A stretch of DNA of 64,000 bases, taken from NCBI GenBank assembly GCA_965223155.1, contig CBDCVR010000015.1, forward strand, positions 1,216,001 to 1,280,000, written 5' to 3'. Source of the stretch: Candidatus Multivoradales bacterium (GTDB lineage: Bacteria > Acidobacteriota > Thermoanaerobaculia > Multivoradales > JAHEKO01). Below, piece after piece: positions 20,572 through 29,904 of the stretch (position 1 is its first letter; each line of letters begins with the position of its first letter). Under the pieces are notes generated by a model, which made no database searches, was not told where the DNA came from, and saw only the letters and a list, made by a program, of their open reading frames with translations. The position numbers were made by a program, and so were the translations under genes.

Positions 20572-22841
20572 ACTCTTTCGATCGAGACATCGCTGAGGCC
20601 CGTGAGTGGATGGACCAGGAGCGCTTCGAAGGCATCCTTCGTCTGTATTCGGCGCGGCAGGTCGCCGCCCAGCGAGGCACCATCCCCAGTGAGTACACCG
20701 TAGCCCGCGACGCGGCCGAGGCCTTCTTCTTGCGGCTGCGGGAGCTCTTCGAACAGAAGCAGGCGATTACGACCTTTGGCCCCTATTCGCCCGGCCAGGC
20801 CGTGACCTTGAGACGCATGGGTATCGAGGGGATCTATCTCGGTGGCTGGGCGACCTCGGCCAAGGGCTCGGCCGACGAGGACCCCGGCGCCGACCTGGCA
20901 AGCTATCCGCTGAGCCAGGTGCCGAACGAGGCAGCGGTCTTGGTGCGGGCGCTGCTTGCCGCCGACCGGAACCAGCGCTATGCGCGCTCGCGCATGAGCG
21001 CGGAGGAACTGGCCGAGGCGCCGGAGCACGACTTCCGTCCGTTCATCATCGCCGACGCCGACACCGGGCACGGCGGCGACGCGCACGTGCGCAACCTCGT
21101 GCGCCGCTTTGTCGAGGTCGGCGTGCCCGGATACCACATCGAGGACCAACGCCCCGGCAGCAAGAAGTGCGGCCACCAGGGCGGCAAGGTTCTGGTCTCG
21201 GTCGACGAGCAGATCAAGCGGTTGAACGCCGCCCGGTTTCAACTCGACGTCATGCGGGTGGGCGGCCTCATCGTGGCTCGTACCGACGCCGAGGCCGCCA
21301 CTCTTCTCGAGAACGGCAGCGACGAGCGGGACCAGCCGTTCGTTCTGGGCGCCACCAACAACGACCTGCCTCCGTACAAGAACTGCAGCCTGGCCGTCAT
21401 CCGGAGTCTGTACGAGGCCGGCGTGGACGATCTCAACGGCCATCTGCTCTATGCCCTCCCGGAGCGCGGCTATGAAGTCGCCGATGCGTGGCTCGAAGGC
21501 GCTGGCGTTGGCCGTCTGGTCGCCGAGATGGCAGCGGAGGTCGAGTCCGGCTCCCTGAGCTCTGAGGCGGCGCTGGACCGCGCCTTGACCGCAGCGGTCA
21601 AGGCCTGGGAAAGCCAGGCCGGCCTCAAGACCTACAGCGAGGCGGTCGCCGACGTGCTGGAGTTTCGCATCGGCGAAGGCGAGGAATTCGACACAACCGT
21701 CGAAGAATGGCGGCGGTTCTCCCGCCAGGCCTCCCACCATGCTGCAAAGGAGAAGGCCAAGGAACTGGGCGTTCAGATCATCTGGAACGCCGACCTGGCC
21801 CGGACTCCGGAGGGCTACTACCAGATCCGCGGTGGCATTCCGTACGCGATCGCCAAGTCGCTTGCCGTGGCGCCCTTCTGCGACATTCTGTGGATGGAGA
21901 CCAAGACGGCTGATCTGGCCGAGGCCAAGGAGTTCGCCGACGCGATCCATGCCGCTTTTCCCGACAAGATGCTGGCCTACAACTTGTCGCCGTCGTTCAA
22001 CTGGGACACCACCGGAATGAGCGACGAAGAGATGCGCCGTTTTCCGGAGGAGCTCGGCAAGCTGGGCTTTGTCTTCAACTTCATCACCTACGGCGGGCAC
22101 CAGGTGGACGGGTTGGCCGGGGAGGAGTTCGCCACCGCCCTGTTGCAGGACGGCATGCTTGCCCTGGCCCGGCTTCAGCGCAAGCTCCGGTTGGTGGAGT
22201 CTCCGTACAAGACGCCGCAGACGCTGGTGGGCGGCCCACGCCTGGACGGCGCACTCATGGCCTCTTCCGGCCGCACCGCTACCACCAAGGCCATGGGCAA
22301 GGGCTCGACCCAGTTCCAGCATCTGGTGCAGACCGAGGCGCCGGTGGCTCTGCTTGAAGAGTGGCTCGGCATGTGGACGGACTACTACGACCTGCCGGGT
22401 GGCCTGCGGGTGGCGCTACGCCCGTATCGGGCCGGCTCCGAGCTGCTCGAGCTGCAGATTCTGGGCGAGAGCACCGAGCCGATGGCCAACGTCGTCTTCA
22501 CCCCAATTCAGGACCGCCGCGGTCGCAAGATTCTGTCCGTGCGCGACCAGAACACCTTCGCCGAGGAGCTGCGGATGAAACGGCTCATGACGCTTATCCA
22601 TCTCTTTCTGGTGCATCGGTACAAGATCTCTTCGGTTCACTACGTCACGCCCACCGAGGACAACAAGTACCAGACGGCCAAGATGAAAACTCACGGTGTC
22701 TTCTCGGAGGTACACGACGAGGTCGGTCAGATCATCGTCGCTCAGGTCAACCCGGAACGCATCCAGGAACTGCTCGAAGCGGACCGGGTGGCGCTGCAAG
22801 GCCTGATCGAGAAGGTGGACAAGCAGTTGGTTACGGTCTGA
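20568..22841 (+). CDS. aceA: isocitrate lyase, long ICL2-type with C-terminal extension
   Basis: [20 protein letters not shown], catalytic [23 protein letters not shown]; 757 aa; ATGA overlap with aceB. Confidence 0.94.
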   Translation: MNSFDRDIAEAREWMDQERFEGILRLYSARQVAAQRGTIPSEYTVARDAAEAFFLRLRELFEQKQAITTFGPYSPGQAVTLRRMGIEGIYLGGWATSAKGSADEDPGADLASYPLSQVPNEAAVLVRALLAADRNQRYARSRMSAEELAEAPEHDFRPFIIADADTGHGGDAHVRNLVRRFVEVGVPGYHIEDQRPGSKKCGHQGGKVLVSVDEQIKRLNAARFQLDVMRVGGLIVARTDAEAATLLENGSDERDQPFVLGATNNDLPPYKNCSLAVIRSLYEAGVDDLNGHLLYALPERGYEVADAWLEGAGVGRLVAEMAAEVESGSLSSEAALDRALTAAVKAWESQAGLKTYSEAVADVLEFRIGEGEEFDTTVEEWRRFSRQASHHAAKEKAKELGVQIIWNADLARTPEGYYQIRGGIPYAIAKSLAVAPFCDILWMETKTADLAEAKEFADAIHAAFPDKMLAYNLSPSFNWDTTGMSDEEMRRFPEELGKLGFVFNFITYGGHQVDGLAGEEFATALLQDGMLALARLQRKLRLVESPYKTPQTLVGGPRLDGALMASSGRTATTKAMGKGSTQFQHLVQTEAPVALLEEWLGMWTDYYDLPGGLRVALRPYRAGSELLELQILGESTEPMANVVFTPIQDRRGRKILSVRDQNTFAEELRMKRLMTLIHLFLVHRYKISSVHYVTPTEDNKYQTAKMKTHGVFSEVHDEVGQIIVAQVNPERIQELLEADRVALQGLIEKVDKQLVTV

Positions 22842-22856
22842 CCGGGAGCCGCCGGC

Positions 22857-24341
22857 TCAACCGGACAGGAGCGAGTCCAACGCTCGCTCACGGGCGGCCT
22901 CGGAGGCGTGCCGTTCGACGAGGGTTGGCGGCGCGCCCCGCTCGGAGCACTCTGTAGCACCAAGCGCGCAGCGCTCGCAGGTCAGGTTGACCTGGACCGT
23001 TGGAATCTTGCGATCGCTCCAGAAGCCAACGCGGTCCCGAAAGTCCTGGTTGACGAAGAAGCCCAGCGACACCGCGGACCTGCCCCGCTGTGCCAGTGCC
23101 AGCGCCCTTCCCATCGAGATCACGAAGAAGTCCTTGTCCTCGGTCAGAAAGGCCGACTTCTGCACCCGAATCTCGGGTCTCTTGGCGGCACGCTTGCCGG
23201 GTGCGGCCTGGAGCAGCTGCAGGGCAGGCCAGCGGCGGCAATAGTGCTCGTTGAGGCCCAATCCGTGCGGAACCGGCACCCGCGACATGTTCAGGACCTT
23301 GGTGAGCTGGAAGCTCGCCTGCTCCTCCGGACAAAAGAAGCGCAAGAAGAAGATCTCGCCGAGACCAAACTTCTTGGGGACGATCTGGGTCAAGCGAGTG
23401 AAGAAGGTCTCCGGGGTCGCCTGCCAACGGTTCATGCACGCCACGAACGCCCGGCTGCTCCAAGTCGAGCGCGCAAACAGCGCCGAGAGATCTTCGACCA
23501 AGAGATCGCGATCGATCAATAGCGCCCCGGAGAAATACGAGGCCTTGAGGTTGTTGAGCACCTGGTCGAAGGATTCGACCTTGATCCAGGACGAGCTGGT
23601 CGCGCGCTCTTCGAGCCGCAAGACTCGGTAGCCGATCTCGCGCCCGAGCACGAACGCCTTCTGCGAAGGTAGAAGACGAGCGTTGAGATAGAGGGTCGGC
23701 GGCTCGCCCTCCCGGAAGACTGACCGGAAGCCCTTCAGATGAGGGGCTCCGGCCAGCACCGTGTCATCGATCTCATAGCCCCACTCGTGCACCAGGCAGT
23801 CCCTCAGCAGCTGGGGATCGAGCCCGCCCTCGGCCGACCAACCTTGCGATTCCCGAAACTGCTTCGCCGCCGCCTCGAGCTCGGCGAAGTAATTGCCGTG
23901 CATTTGCTGGTACGAGCGTAGCGCCGCGAGAAGAAAGTGCTCGACCGTCACGTCGTAGGTGCGGCCGATCTCGAGGACCGTTTGAATCAGGGCCCCCGCC
24001 TTTACCGGGTCGGAGGCCATGACGTCGACGACATCCTCGGCGGTCAACCCGAAAAGCTCGAAGGGAAACTCGCGCAGGAAGGGCGAGCCCACGGCCTCCT
24101 TCAGCGGATCGAGCTCTTTGGCCACCTGGAGCGACACCAGACGGTCGAACGGTACGTTCAGCGCCTCGGCCAGCTGCACCAGCTTCTCCGGCTTGGGGTA
24201 CTTGCGCCCCTTTTCGATCTCGGAGAGGTAGGAAACCGAGAGACCCGAAGCGGCCGCGACGTCGCTGAGCGTGCGTCCCTTCTTTTGCCGAAGGTTCCTG
24301 AGCTTTAGGCCGAGGATGAGGCGGGGGCTCTCAGGCATCAC
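22857..24341 (-). CDS. XRE-family regulator (RamB/PrpR/ScfR-like)
   Basis: N-terminal HTH (LSVSYLSEIEKG..YP), central YFAELE..A and F.LGREIG, C-terminal HYCRRW and TCERC...C.ER. Confidence 0.85.
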   Translation of the reverse strand: MMPESPRLILGLKLRNLRQKKGRTLSDVAAASGLSVSYLSEIEKGRKYPKPEKLVQLAEALNVPFDRLVSLQVAKELDPLKEAVGSPFLREFPFELFGLTAEDVVDVMASDPVKAGALIQTVLEIGRTYDVTVEHFLLAALRSYQQMHGNYFAELEAAAKQFRESQGWSAEGGLDPQLLRDCLVHEWGYEIDDTVLAGAPHLKGFRSVFREGEPPTLYLNARLLPSQKAFVLGREIGYRVLRLEERATSSSWIKVESFDQVLNNLKASYFSGALLIDRDLLVEDLSALFARSTWSSRAFVACMNRWQATPETFFTRLTQIVPKKFGLGEIFFLRFFCPEEQASFQLTKVLNMSRVPVPHGLGLNEHYCRRWPALQLLQAAPGKRAAKRPEIRVQKSAFLTEDKDFFVISMGRALALAQRGRSAVSLGFFVNQDFRDRVGFWSDRKIPTVQVNLTCERCALGATECSERGAPPTLVERHASEAARERALDSLLSG

Positions 24342-24413
24342 GTGGAAAATCTTCGCTGCGAGCGAAAATCATACCAGCAGCGTTACGGCGAACGGTAGCG
24401 GGACGGGTCCAGG

Positions 24414-25835
24414 CTAGGTTGACACCGTCAGCGCCTTCTGGACGAAGCGCCGCCAGTGGCGTCGGACTCGGCGTGCTTCGGCGCCGCTCCAGGCCGGAGG
24501 CACGCGCGCCTGGACCGCGCCACCCTGATCGAGCGCGCGGCTCCGACCCTCGAAACCGGCCTGCGCCAGCCTGGCGATCCCGACGAGACCGGTTTCCTCG
24601 AGCTCGGAAACCGCGACCGGCACCTGACAAGCGGACGCGATGGCCTGGATGAGGCCACGAAGGCGGGTGAGCTTGCCGCTTACGCGGAGCGACCCGACGC
24701 TGGCGCCGGCGCTCTCGAGCGTCTCGACGCAGTCGGCGACTCGCATCGCCAAGGCTCGCAAGGTGGCCGCGATGAGCTCGTCGGCACCGGTACCGGAGTC
24801 GATGCCGGCGAAGACGGCGCGAGCTTCGGGTCGCCAGTACGGAGTTGCCAGGCCGGCGAACGCGGGCAACAGGATCGGATGCGGGCTGGCCGCCGGGCCC
24901 GGTTCGCCCAGGGACCGGTCTCGCCAGTCCTGGATCCTCCGTCCGGTGAGATCGAAGATCCAATCGACCGCGGCTCCAGCCGCGTTGATCGAGGCCTCGA
25001 CCTGATAGCGGCGGGCGCGGCGGGTGGTGGCGATGGCGGCGGACAGCACCCGCCGATCGAAGCGCGGACGCGGTCCGACCGAGGCGAGGGCGAAGGCGCC
25101 GGTGCCGAAGTGGACGGCGGTTACGCCCGGCCGCCAGCCGCCGTGGCCCAGAAGCGCCGCCTGCTGATCCCCGGCCAGAGCCGTGAGCGGCACGCCCCGG
25201 TAGGAGCCGCGGCGGCCCGCGCTTGGCCGGATCGCCGGCAGGGCCTCCGGGGGAATTCCGAATAGGGCGCAGAGCTTCGGGTCCCAAGTGTTGGTCTCGA
25301 GATTGAGACACAAAGTCCGGCCGGCCTGGCCGGGTTCGGTGGACGCCGAGCCGGTGAGCCGCTGGACCAGGAAGGCGTCCAGGGTTCCCGCCAGCGTCTG
25401 GGCCGGCCGGGCACGCTCGCGGCGCCACAGCTCGGCCAGCTTGAGCGCCGCGTAGTGCGGGCTCAAGGGCAGTCCGGTTCGGCGCTTGACCCAGGCCGCG
25501 CGCGAGCTCAGGCGCTCGGCCGCCCGCGCCCGGCTCCGGTCCTGCCACGAGCGCGCCTCGGTCATCGCCTGGCCGCCGGCGCGATCCCAGAGGAGGCAAG
25601 TCGAGCGCTGGCAGGCGAGACCGATGGCGCGGGGCCGGGCGCGGCGGAAGATTCGGTCGAGGACCGAGATGACGCTCGCCGCGATCTCGTCAGGGTCGTG
25701 CCAGACTGAATCGCCGTCGGCAGCGCGCTCGATGGCGCGGGAGGTCCGGTAGACGATCTCGCCTCCCGCGGTGATGAGAGCGGCCTTGGTCGAGGTCGAG
25801 CCCTGATCGACGGCGGCGTAGAGCGCCTCAGGCAC
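24414..25835 (-). CDS. FGGY-family carbohydrate kinase (glycerol kinase-like)
   Basis: DQGSTSTK, CQRST, WQDRS, GDQQAAL, GTGAF, LPAFAGL..PYW; start overlaps the GDPD stop. Confidence 0.85.
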   Translation of the reverse strand: MPEALYAAVDQGSTSTKAALITAGGEIVYRTSRAIERAADGDSVWHDPDEIAASVISVLDRIFRRARPRAIGLACQRSTCLLWDRAGGQAMTEARSWQDRSRARAAERLSSRAAWVKRRTGLPLSPHYAALKLAELWRRERARPAQTLAGTLDAFLVQRLTGSASTEPGQAGRTLCLNLETNTWDPKLCALFGIPPEALPAIRPSAGRRGSYRGVPLTALAGDQQAALLGHGGWRPGVTAVHFGTGAFALASVGPRPRFDRRVLSAAIATTRRARRYQVEASINAAGAAVDWIFDLTGRRIQDWRDRSLGEPGPAASPHPILLPAFAGLATPYWRPEARAVFAGIDSGTGADELIAATLRALAMRVADCVETLESAGASVGSLRVSGKLTRLRGLIQAIASACQVPVAVSELEETGLVGIARLAQAGFEGRSRALDQGGAVQARVPPAWSGAEARRVRRHWRRFVQKALTVST

Positions 25836-26592
25836 GCGCGCCCTCGAGCTTCGGGCCGTCCGCCGGAGAGCGGGCGGCGACCAAGCGGGAAGGGACGTCG
25901 GTAAAGATTCCGGCAAGACCGTTCTTCTCGAGCTCGGCTGCCTCCGAGGGATCGTTCACGGTATAGGCGAGGACGCGATCGATGCCGGCGGCACGGGCCG
26001 CGCCGACCAGGCGCCGGCCCGCCAGGCGACGATGACAGTGCAGGCTGTAGGCGCCGAGCTCCCGGCCGGCGCGGACCAGCGGCGCGCGCTGGTAGCGACC
26101 GATGGGAGCCAGCGGCAGGGCGGAACCGCGCTCGCGCAGGGTCTGGAGCAGCTTCCAGTCGAAGCTCGAGACCAGGATGCCGGCATGGCCGCCGAGCTCG
26201 CCGGCGACCCGTTCGGCCAGCAAGCGCCGGTCCGCGATCCGCCGCTTGATCTCGAGATTGAGCGGCAAGGAGGCCGGACGCTCCGCCAGGACTTGGGCCA
26301 GCGAAGGGACGCGCGCGCCGGCGCCGGCTTCAGGTCGGCGCAGCTCGACATCAGTGACGAAGCGCCAGGATCGCTCCTCGATCGCTTCCGGGACGCCGGC
26401 CAGGCGCTCGAAGCTCCAGTCGTGAAAGCAGACGAGCTTGCCGTCGCGGGTCATCTGAACGTCCAGCTCGAGCATGTCGGCGCCCGCGGCCGCGCCCCGT
26501 TCCATCGCCGTCAGGGTGTTCTCGAGAACTTCGCCCGCGGCGCCCCGGTGTCCGACGATCCAGAAGTCCTTGGACAGGCCGAGCGCGTTCAT
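25828..26592 (-). CDS. glycerophosphodiester phosphodiesterase
   Basis: GHRGA...ENT, ELDVQMTRDG...HD, LEIK, SSF, YTVN, GIFTD. Confidence 0.9.
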   Translation of the reverse strand: MNALGLSKDFWIVGHRGAAGEVLENTLTAMERGAAAGADMLELDVQMTRDGKLVCFHDWSFERLAGVPEAIEERSWRFVTDVELRRPEAGAGARVPSLAQVLAERPASLPLNLEIKRRIADRRLLAERVAGELGGHAGILVSSFDWKLLQTLRERGSALPLAPIGRYQRAPLVRAGRELGAYSLHCHRRLAGRRLVGAARAAGIDRVLAYTVNDPSEAAELEKNGLAGIFTDVPSRLVAARSPADGPKLEGARA

Positions 26593-26718
26593 GGCGCCAG
26601 TCTGCCCGATCGGGCACCGTGGGACAAACCAGGCCGAGCCCTGGGGCGGCGGGTCGCGATGCCGACGCCGCCGATTGCGCGAGGCTACGGCGCCCAATAC
26701 GATCGGCGGGAGCTCGAC

Positions 26719-28533
26719 ATGACCAGCGAATCGGACAGGGTCGCAAGCGGCCCGCCTGTCGCGCCTGGTAGCCGCGCCGAAGGCTTCTGGCTGCTGGGGG
26801 CCGGCGCCCTCGCGCTTGGGGTAGCGTGGTTGTGGCGCTTCGGCGAGTCCACGCTCGACCCGGACGGCTCGGGCCTGATGTGGCTGGTCCTGGCAGGGGG
26901 CGTTGTCGCCGCCTGTTTCGGATCCCGGTCGGGCCGGGGACTGGGCTTGGGCGCCGGGGCCGTGCCGCTCATGCTTCATGGCTGGGGCGCCCGGGGCGCC
27001 GCGCTCGCTGCCGTGGTGCTGCTCGCTGTCGCCTACCAGGCTGCTCGGTACCGGAGGCGGAGCCGGGGCCGGCCGGCCCCGTCCCCGCCGGAGGCCCGGC
27101 CGGTCGAAGGATGGTCGTTCGAAGGAGGGTCCATCGAAGAATGGGCGGGGATCGTCGGTTCCCGGCTGCTCGCGGTCGCGGGAGCCGGGGCGGTGTGGCG
27201 GCAGGTGGCGCTCGCTACCGGCGCCGTTGGCTCCGGAACCGGGGCGACGGCGGCGAAGCTGGTCTTTGCCGCCGGTCTGGCGGCGGGCCTCGTCTACCTG
27301 GCCGTGGTTGCGGGTGCCGAGACGCTGCGCTGGGCCACGGCCGGGGCCCAGCGCGGCAGCCTCGGGCTGAGCGACGGACTCTACGAGCTTGCGGCCTGGT
27401 CGGTCGGCGTCCTGGCGGTCGCCGCCTTTGATCTTCTTGGCCGGGGAGCGGGACTCTTCTTGGTGGGCGTCTTGGCCGCGGCCGCGCTGGATCTCGCGCG
27501 TCTGGATCTGGCGCGGGCGCGGGCGAACGAATCGGCGCGTCGCATGCGGGAAGTGCATCTCGCCGGGCACCGGATCATCTTCGGTGAGACCCATCCGCTG
27601 GCGGTAGCTCGCCTGGTGTACGCGGAGTGCCGCCGCATCGTTCCGTTCTCTTGGTTCCAACTGATCTTGCCGCACCCGGATGGGAGCACGTCGAGCTGGT
27701 TTGCCGCTCCCGACGGCGTCGTCGCCGAAGGCGAGCCGCAGCCGCCGCCCGCGCCGCCCGCGCTGCCGGGAATTCACCGGAGCGTCCGTTGGGAAGTGCT
27801 CGAGCGCGATCTGAGCGTTCCCGAGCGAAAGCTCGGAGCGCTCCGGCTCTGGTGCGACCCGCGCCGGCTGGAGACCGATACCGTGGGCTGGCTCGACACC
27901 CTCCTGCCCGAGATCGTCTCCGCGGTCCATGGCGCGCTACTCGACCGCGAGGCACGAGAGGATGCCCTGACCGGACTCCCGGATCGGCGTCAGCTAGAGG
28001 ATCGCTTGCTCAGCGCGCACCGCCGATCGGTCGAGACCGGGACCTCGATGGCGGTCATCATGCTCGACCTCGACCACTTCAAGAAGGTCAACGACCGCTA
28101 TGGCCATGCGACCGGCGATGAGGCTCTCAAAGCCGTCGCCAGCGTCCTGGAGGCTCACCGGCGCGAGCCGGACACCTGTTGCCGCTACGGCGGCGAGGAG
28201 TTCGCCGTGGTACTGGCCGAGACCGACGGCGCGGTCGCGCTCCAGGTTGCCGAGCGCCTGCGCCACGCGGTCGAGGAGCTCGAGTTCGCGCCGCACGGCC
28301 GGTCCATTCCACTGAGGATCTCGGCCGGGGTGGCTGCCTACCCCGAGCTTCACGTCGAGGATCCGAGCGAGCTGGTGGAGCTCGCCGACGAGGCCATGTA
28401 CCGGGCCAAGACCCTGGGCCGGAATCTCTGCCTGCTGGCCGAGGGCCGTGGCGGGTTCCGGGCGCCGGATGGCCGCCGGCACCAGACCGAGGACGACCCC
28501 GCGGAGCCTGAGATCCCGACCCTCTTCGCCTGA
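26719..28533 (+). CDS. membrane-anchored diguanylate cyclase
   Basis: Multi-TM N-terminus, GAF-like middle, DALTGL, DLDHFKKVNDRYGH..GD, RxxD I-site (REPD), RYGGEEF. Confidence 0.9.
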   Translation: MTSESDRVASGPPVAPGSRAEGFWLLGAGALALGVAWLWRFGESTLDPDGSGLMWLVLAGGVVAACFGSRSGRGLGLGAGAVPLMLHGWGARGAALAAVVLLAVAYQAARYRRRSRGRPAPSPPEARPVEGWSFEGGSIEEWAGIVGSRLLAVAGAGAVWRQVALATGAVGSGTGATAAKLVFAAGLAAGLVYLAVVAGAETLRWATAGAQRGSLGLSDGLYELAAWSVGVLAVAAFDLLGRGAGLFLVGVLAAAALDLARLDLARARANESARRMREVHLAGHRIIFGETHPLAVARLVYAECRRIVPFSWFQLILPHPDGSTSSWFAAPDGVVAEGEPQPPPAPPALPGIHRSVRWEVLERDLSVPERKLGALRLWCDPRRLETDTVGWLDTLLPEIVSAVHGALLDREAREDALTGLPDRRQLEDRLLSAHRRSVETGTSMAVIMLDLDHFKKVNDRYGHATGDEALKAVASVLEAHRREPDTCCRYGGEEFAVVLAETDGAVALQVAERLRHAVEELEFAPHGRSIPLRISAGVAAYPELHVEDPSELVELADEAMYRAKTLGRNLCLLAEGRGGFRAPDGRRHQTEDDPAEPEIPTLFA

Positions 28534-28567
28534 CAAGAGCGGGCGAGCTTGTCCTTCGCAGGGCAGG

Positions 28568-29587
28568 CTACGGCAAGGGGCTGAGCGGGAAGAGCTCGGG
28601 AGCTAGATCGCTCGGCTTGGGCACCAGCTCGAACGTGCCCAGCGAGTCAAGCGGGCTGTTGCGGCGAGAAAGCTCGTCCCACTCTCCACGATTGGTCTCG
28701 ACCGAGGACCGAAGCCAGCGTTCCGCCGCCGGCTTGGCGAGATCCGCGAGAAGGTCGAAGGGCACGAAGTAGACGTCTTCGGCTGCGGCGATCGCCCCAT
28801 TCGAGACGCCCAAGCGGGCAAGCTCCGAGATCGGTCGGTCGGCCCGGTCCAGAAGGTCGCGGTAGAGCTCGCGAAACGAGCCGCGCAGGCCATCGGTCGA
28901 GGATGGCGCACCCGTCTCTCGAGCCCTGTCGGGAACGCCCGCCTGCCACGAGGGGATGGCGGGGTCGGGAAGGCCCAGGCTTGTGAGCCGGGCGCTCCGG
29001 CCCCGGAGCCAGGCTGCCGCTTGCGGTCCGCGAAGACGGGGTACCGTGTTTCCCGCGTTTCGCGCCCGTCGCCGGGCTAGGCTCGACAGGATCTCGGCGA
29101 GGAGCGCGTCGCCCAGCCCACGGACGTTTTGCGAGAGCAGGGCTCGGAGCTGGGCGAGCGCGGCCGGGCCGGCTGTAGCCGGCGGCGCTCCGGAGCCGGG
29201 CCGGGCCGCGGCGCGGCGGTGGCGAGGCAAGACCCGTAGGCGCAGACGATGGAAGGCAGCCCGGCCCCGAAGCCTTCCTCTATGCCCTGCTCCGGCGCCT
29301 CCTGGATCGACCGCCGCGGCCAGAACCGCGCGGCCGGCGGGGCTCGCAGAGAGAAGCCGGCCGAGCTCGGGAGCTTCCAGATAGGGGCGCAGTCCCACGA
29401 AGCGTACCGGCGGCGCCGGTGGCGGCGGCACGCCCAGCTGGTAGAAGGCATAGCGCAGGGAGACGAAGATCGTACGGCGCAGCAACGTTCCCCCGAGATG
29501 GGTCAGTGGCGGCAGCGCGCCGGGGGCGAGAAGCCGGCGATCGGCTCGGATCTCGGAGACGGAGAAAGAGATGGAGTTGGCTGACAT
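28568..29587 (-). CDS. hypothetical protein with weak resemblance to the central domain of PEP-synthase-like phosphotransferases
   Basis: 339-aa ORF filling the gap; G.I...EDVYFVP..LL segment; no recognisable catalytic motif. Confidence 0.55.
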   Translation of the reverse strand: MSANSISFSVSEIRADRRLLAPGALPPLTHLGGTLLRRTIFVSLRYAFYQLGVPPPPAPPVRFVGLRPYLEAPELGRLLSASPAGRAVLAAAVDPGGAGAGHRGRLRGRAAFHRLRLRVLPRHRRAAARPGSGAPPATAGPAALAQLRALLSQNVRGLGDALLAEILSSLARRRARNAGNTVPRLRGPQAAAWLRGRSARLTSLGLPDPAIPSWQAGVPDRARETGAPSSTDGLRGSFRELYRDLLDRADRPISELARLGVSNGAIAAAEDVYFVPFDLLADLAKPAAERWLRSSVETNRGEWDELSRRNSPLDSLGTFELVPKPSDLAPELFPLSPLP

Positions 29588-29624
29588 CCAGGGCCTCGGG
29601 GCCTTTTTCGGCCGGTCGGGGTCT

Positions 29625-29904
29625 CTAGCAGCCCGTGGTAGAAGTCAAGGCGGTAGGGTTGGAGCCGCCGTAGGGTGTGGTCCAAGGCGGCGCGACGCGG
29701 GCGATGTGGTGGCATCGTCGAGGCGCGGCAACGCCGCGGCGCACCCTTCGCCGCCTGCAACCCGCAGGGCGACAAGGGGTTGCGTCGCACCTGCGCCACT
29801 GCTCGCCATCCTCGACGCAGCCGAATCGACTTCTCCTCGCCTTTTTTCGCGCCACCACGGGGCCTTGTCGCGCGACCATCGTGACTTCCGCCACGGGCCG
29901 CTAG
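29625..29904. mobile_element. MITE-like non-autonomous element
   Basis: Termini are inverted repeats matching at 20/23 positions, including CTAG at both ends; internal hairpins; no transposase. Confidence 0.75.

Noticed and set aside
25828-28533. 700-aa minus ORF and 833-aa plus ORF suggesting long fusion or overlapping genes
   Set aside because: The recognisable domains start at 26592 (GDPD) and 26719 (cyclase). The extensions are antisense read-through of the divergent neighbour, as expected at high GC.
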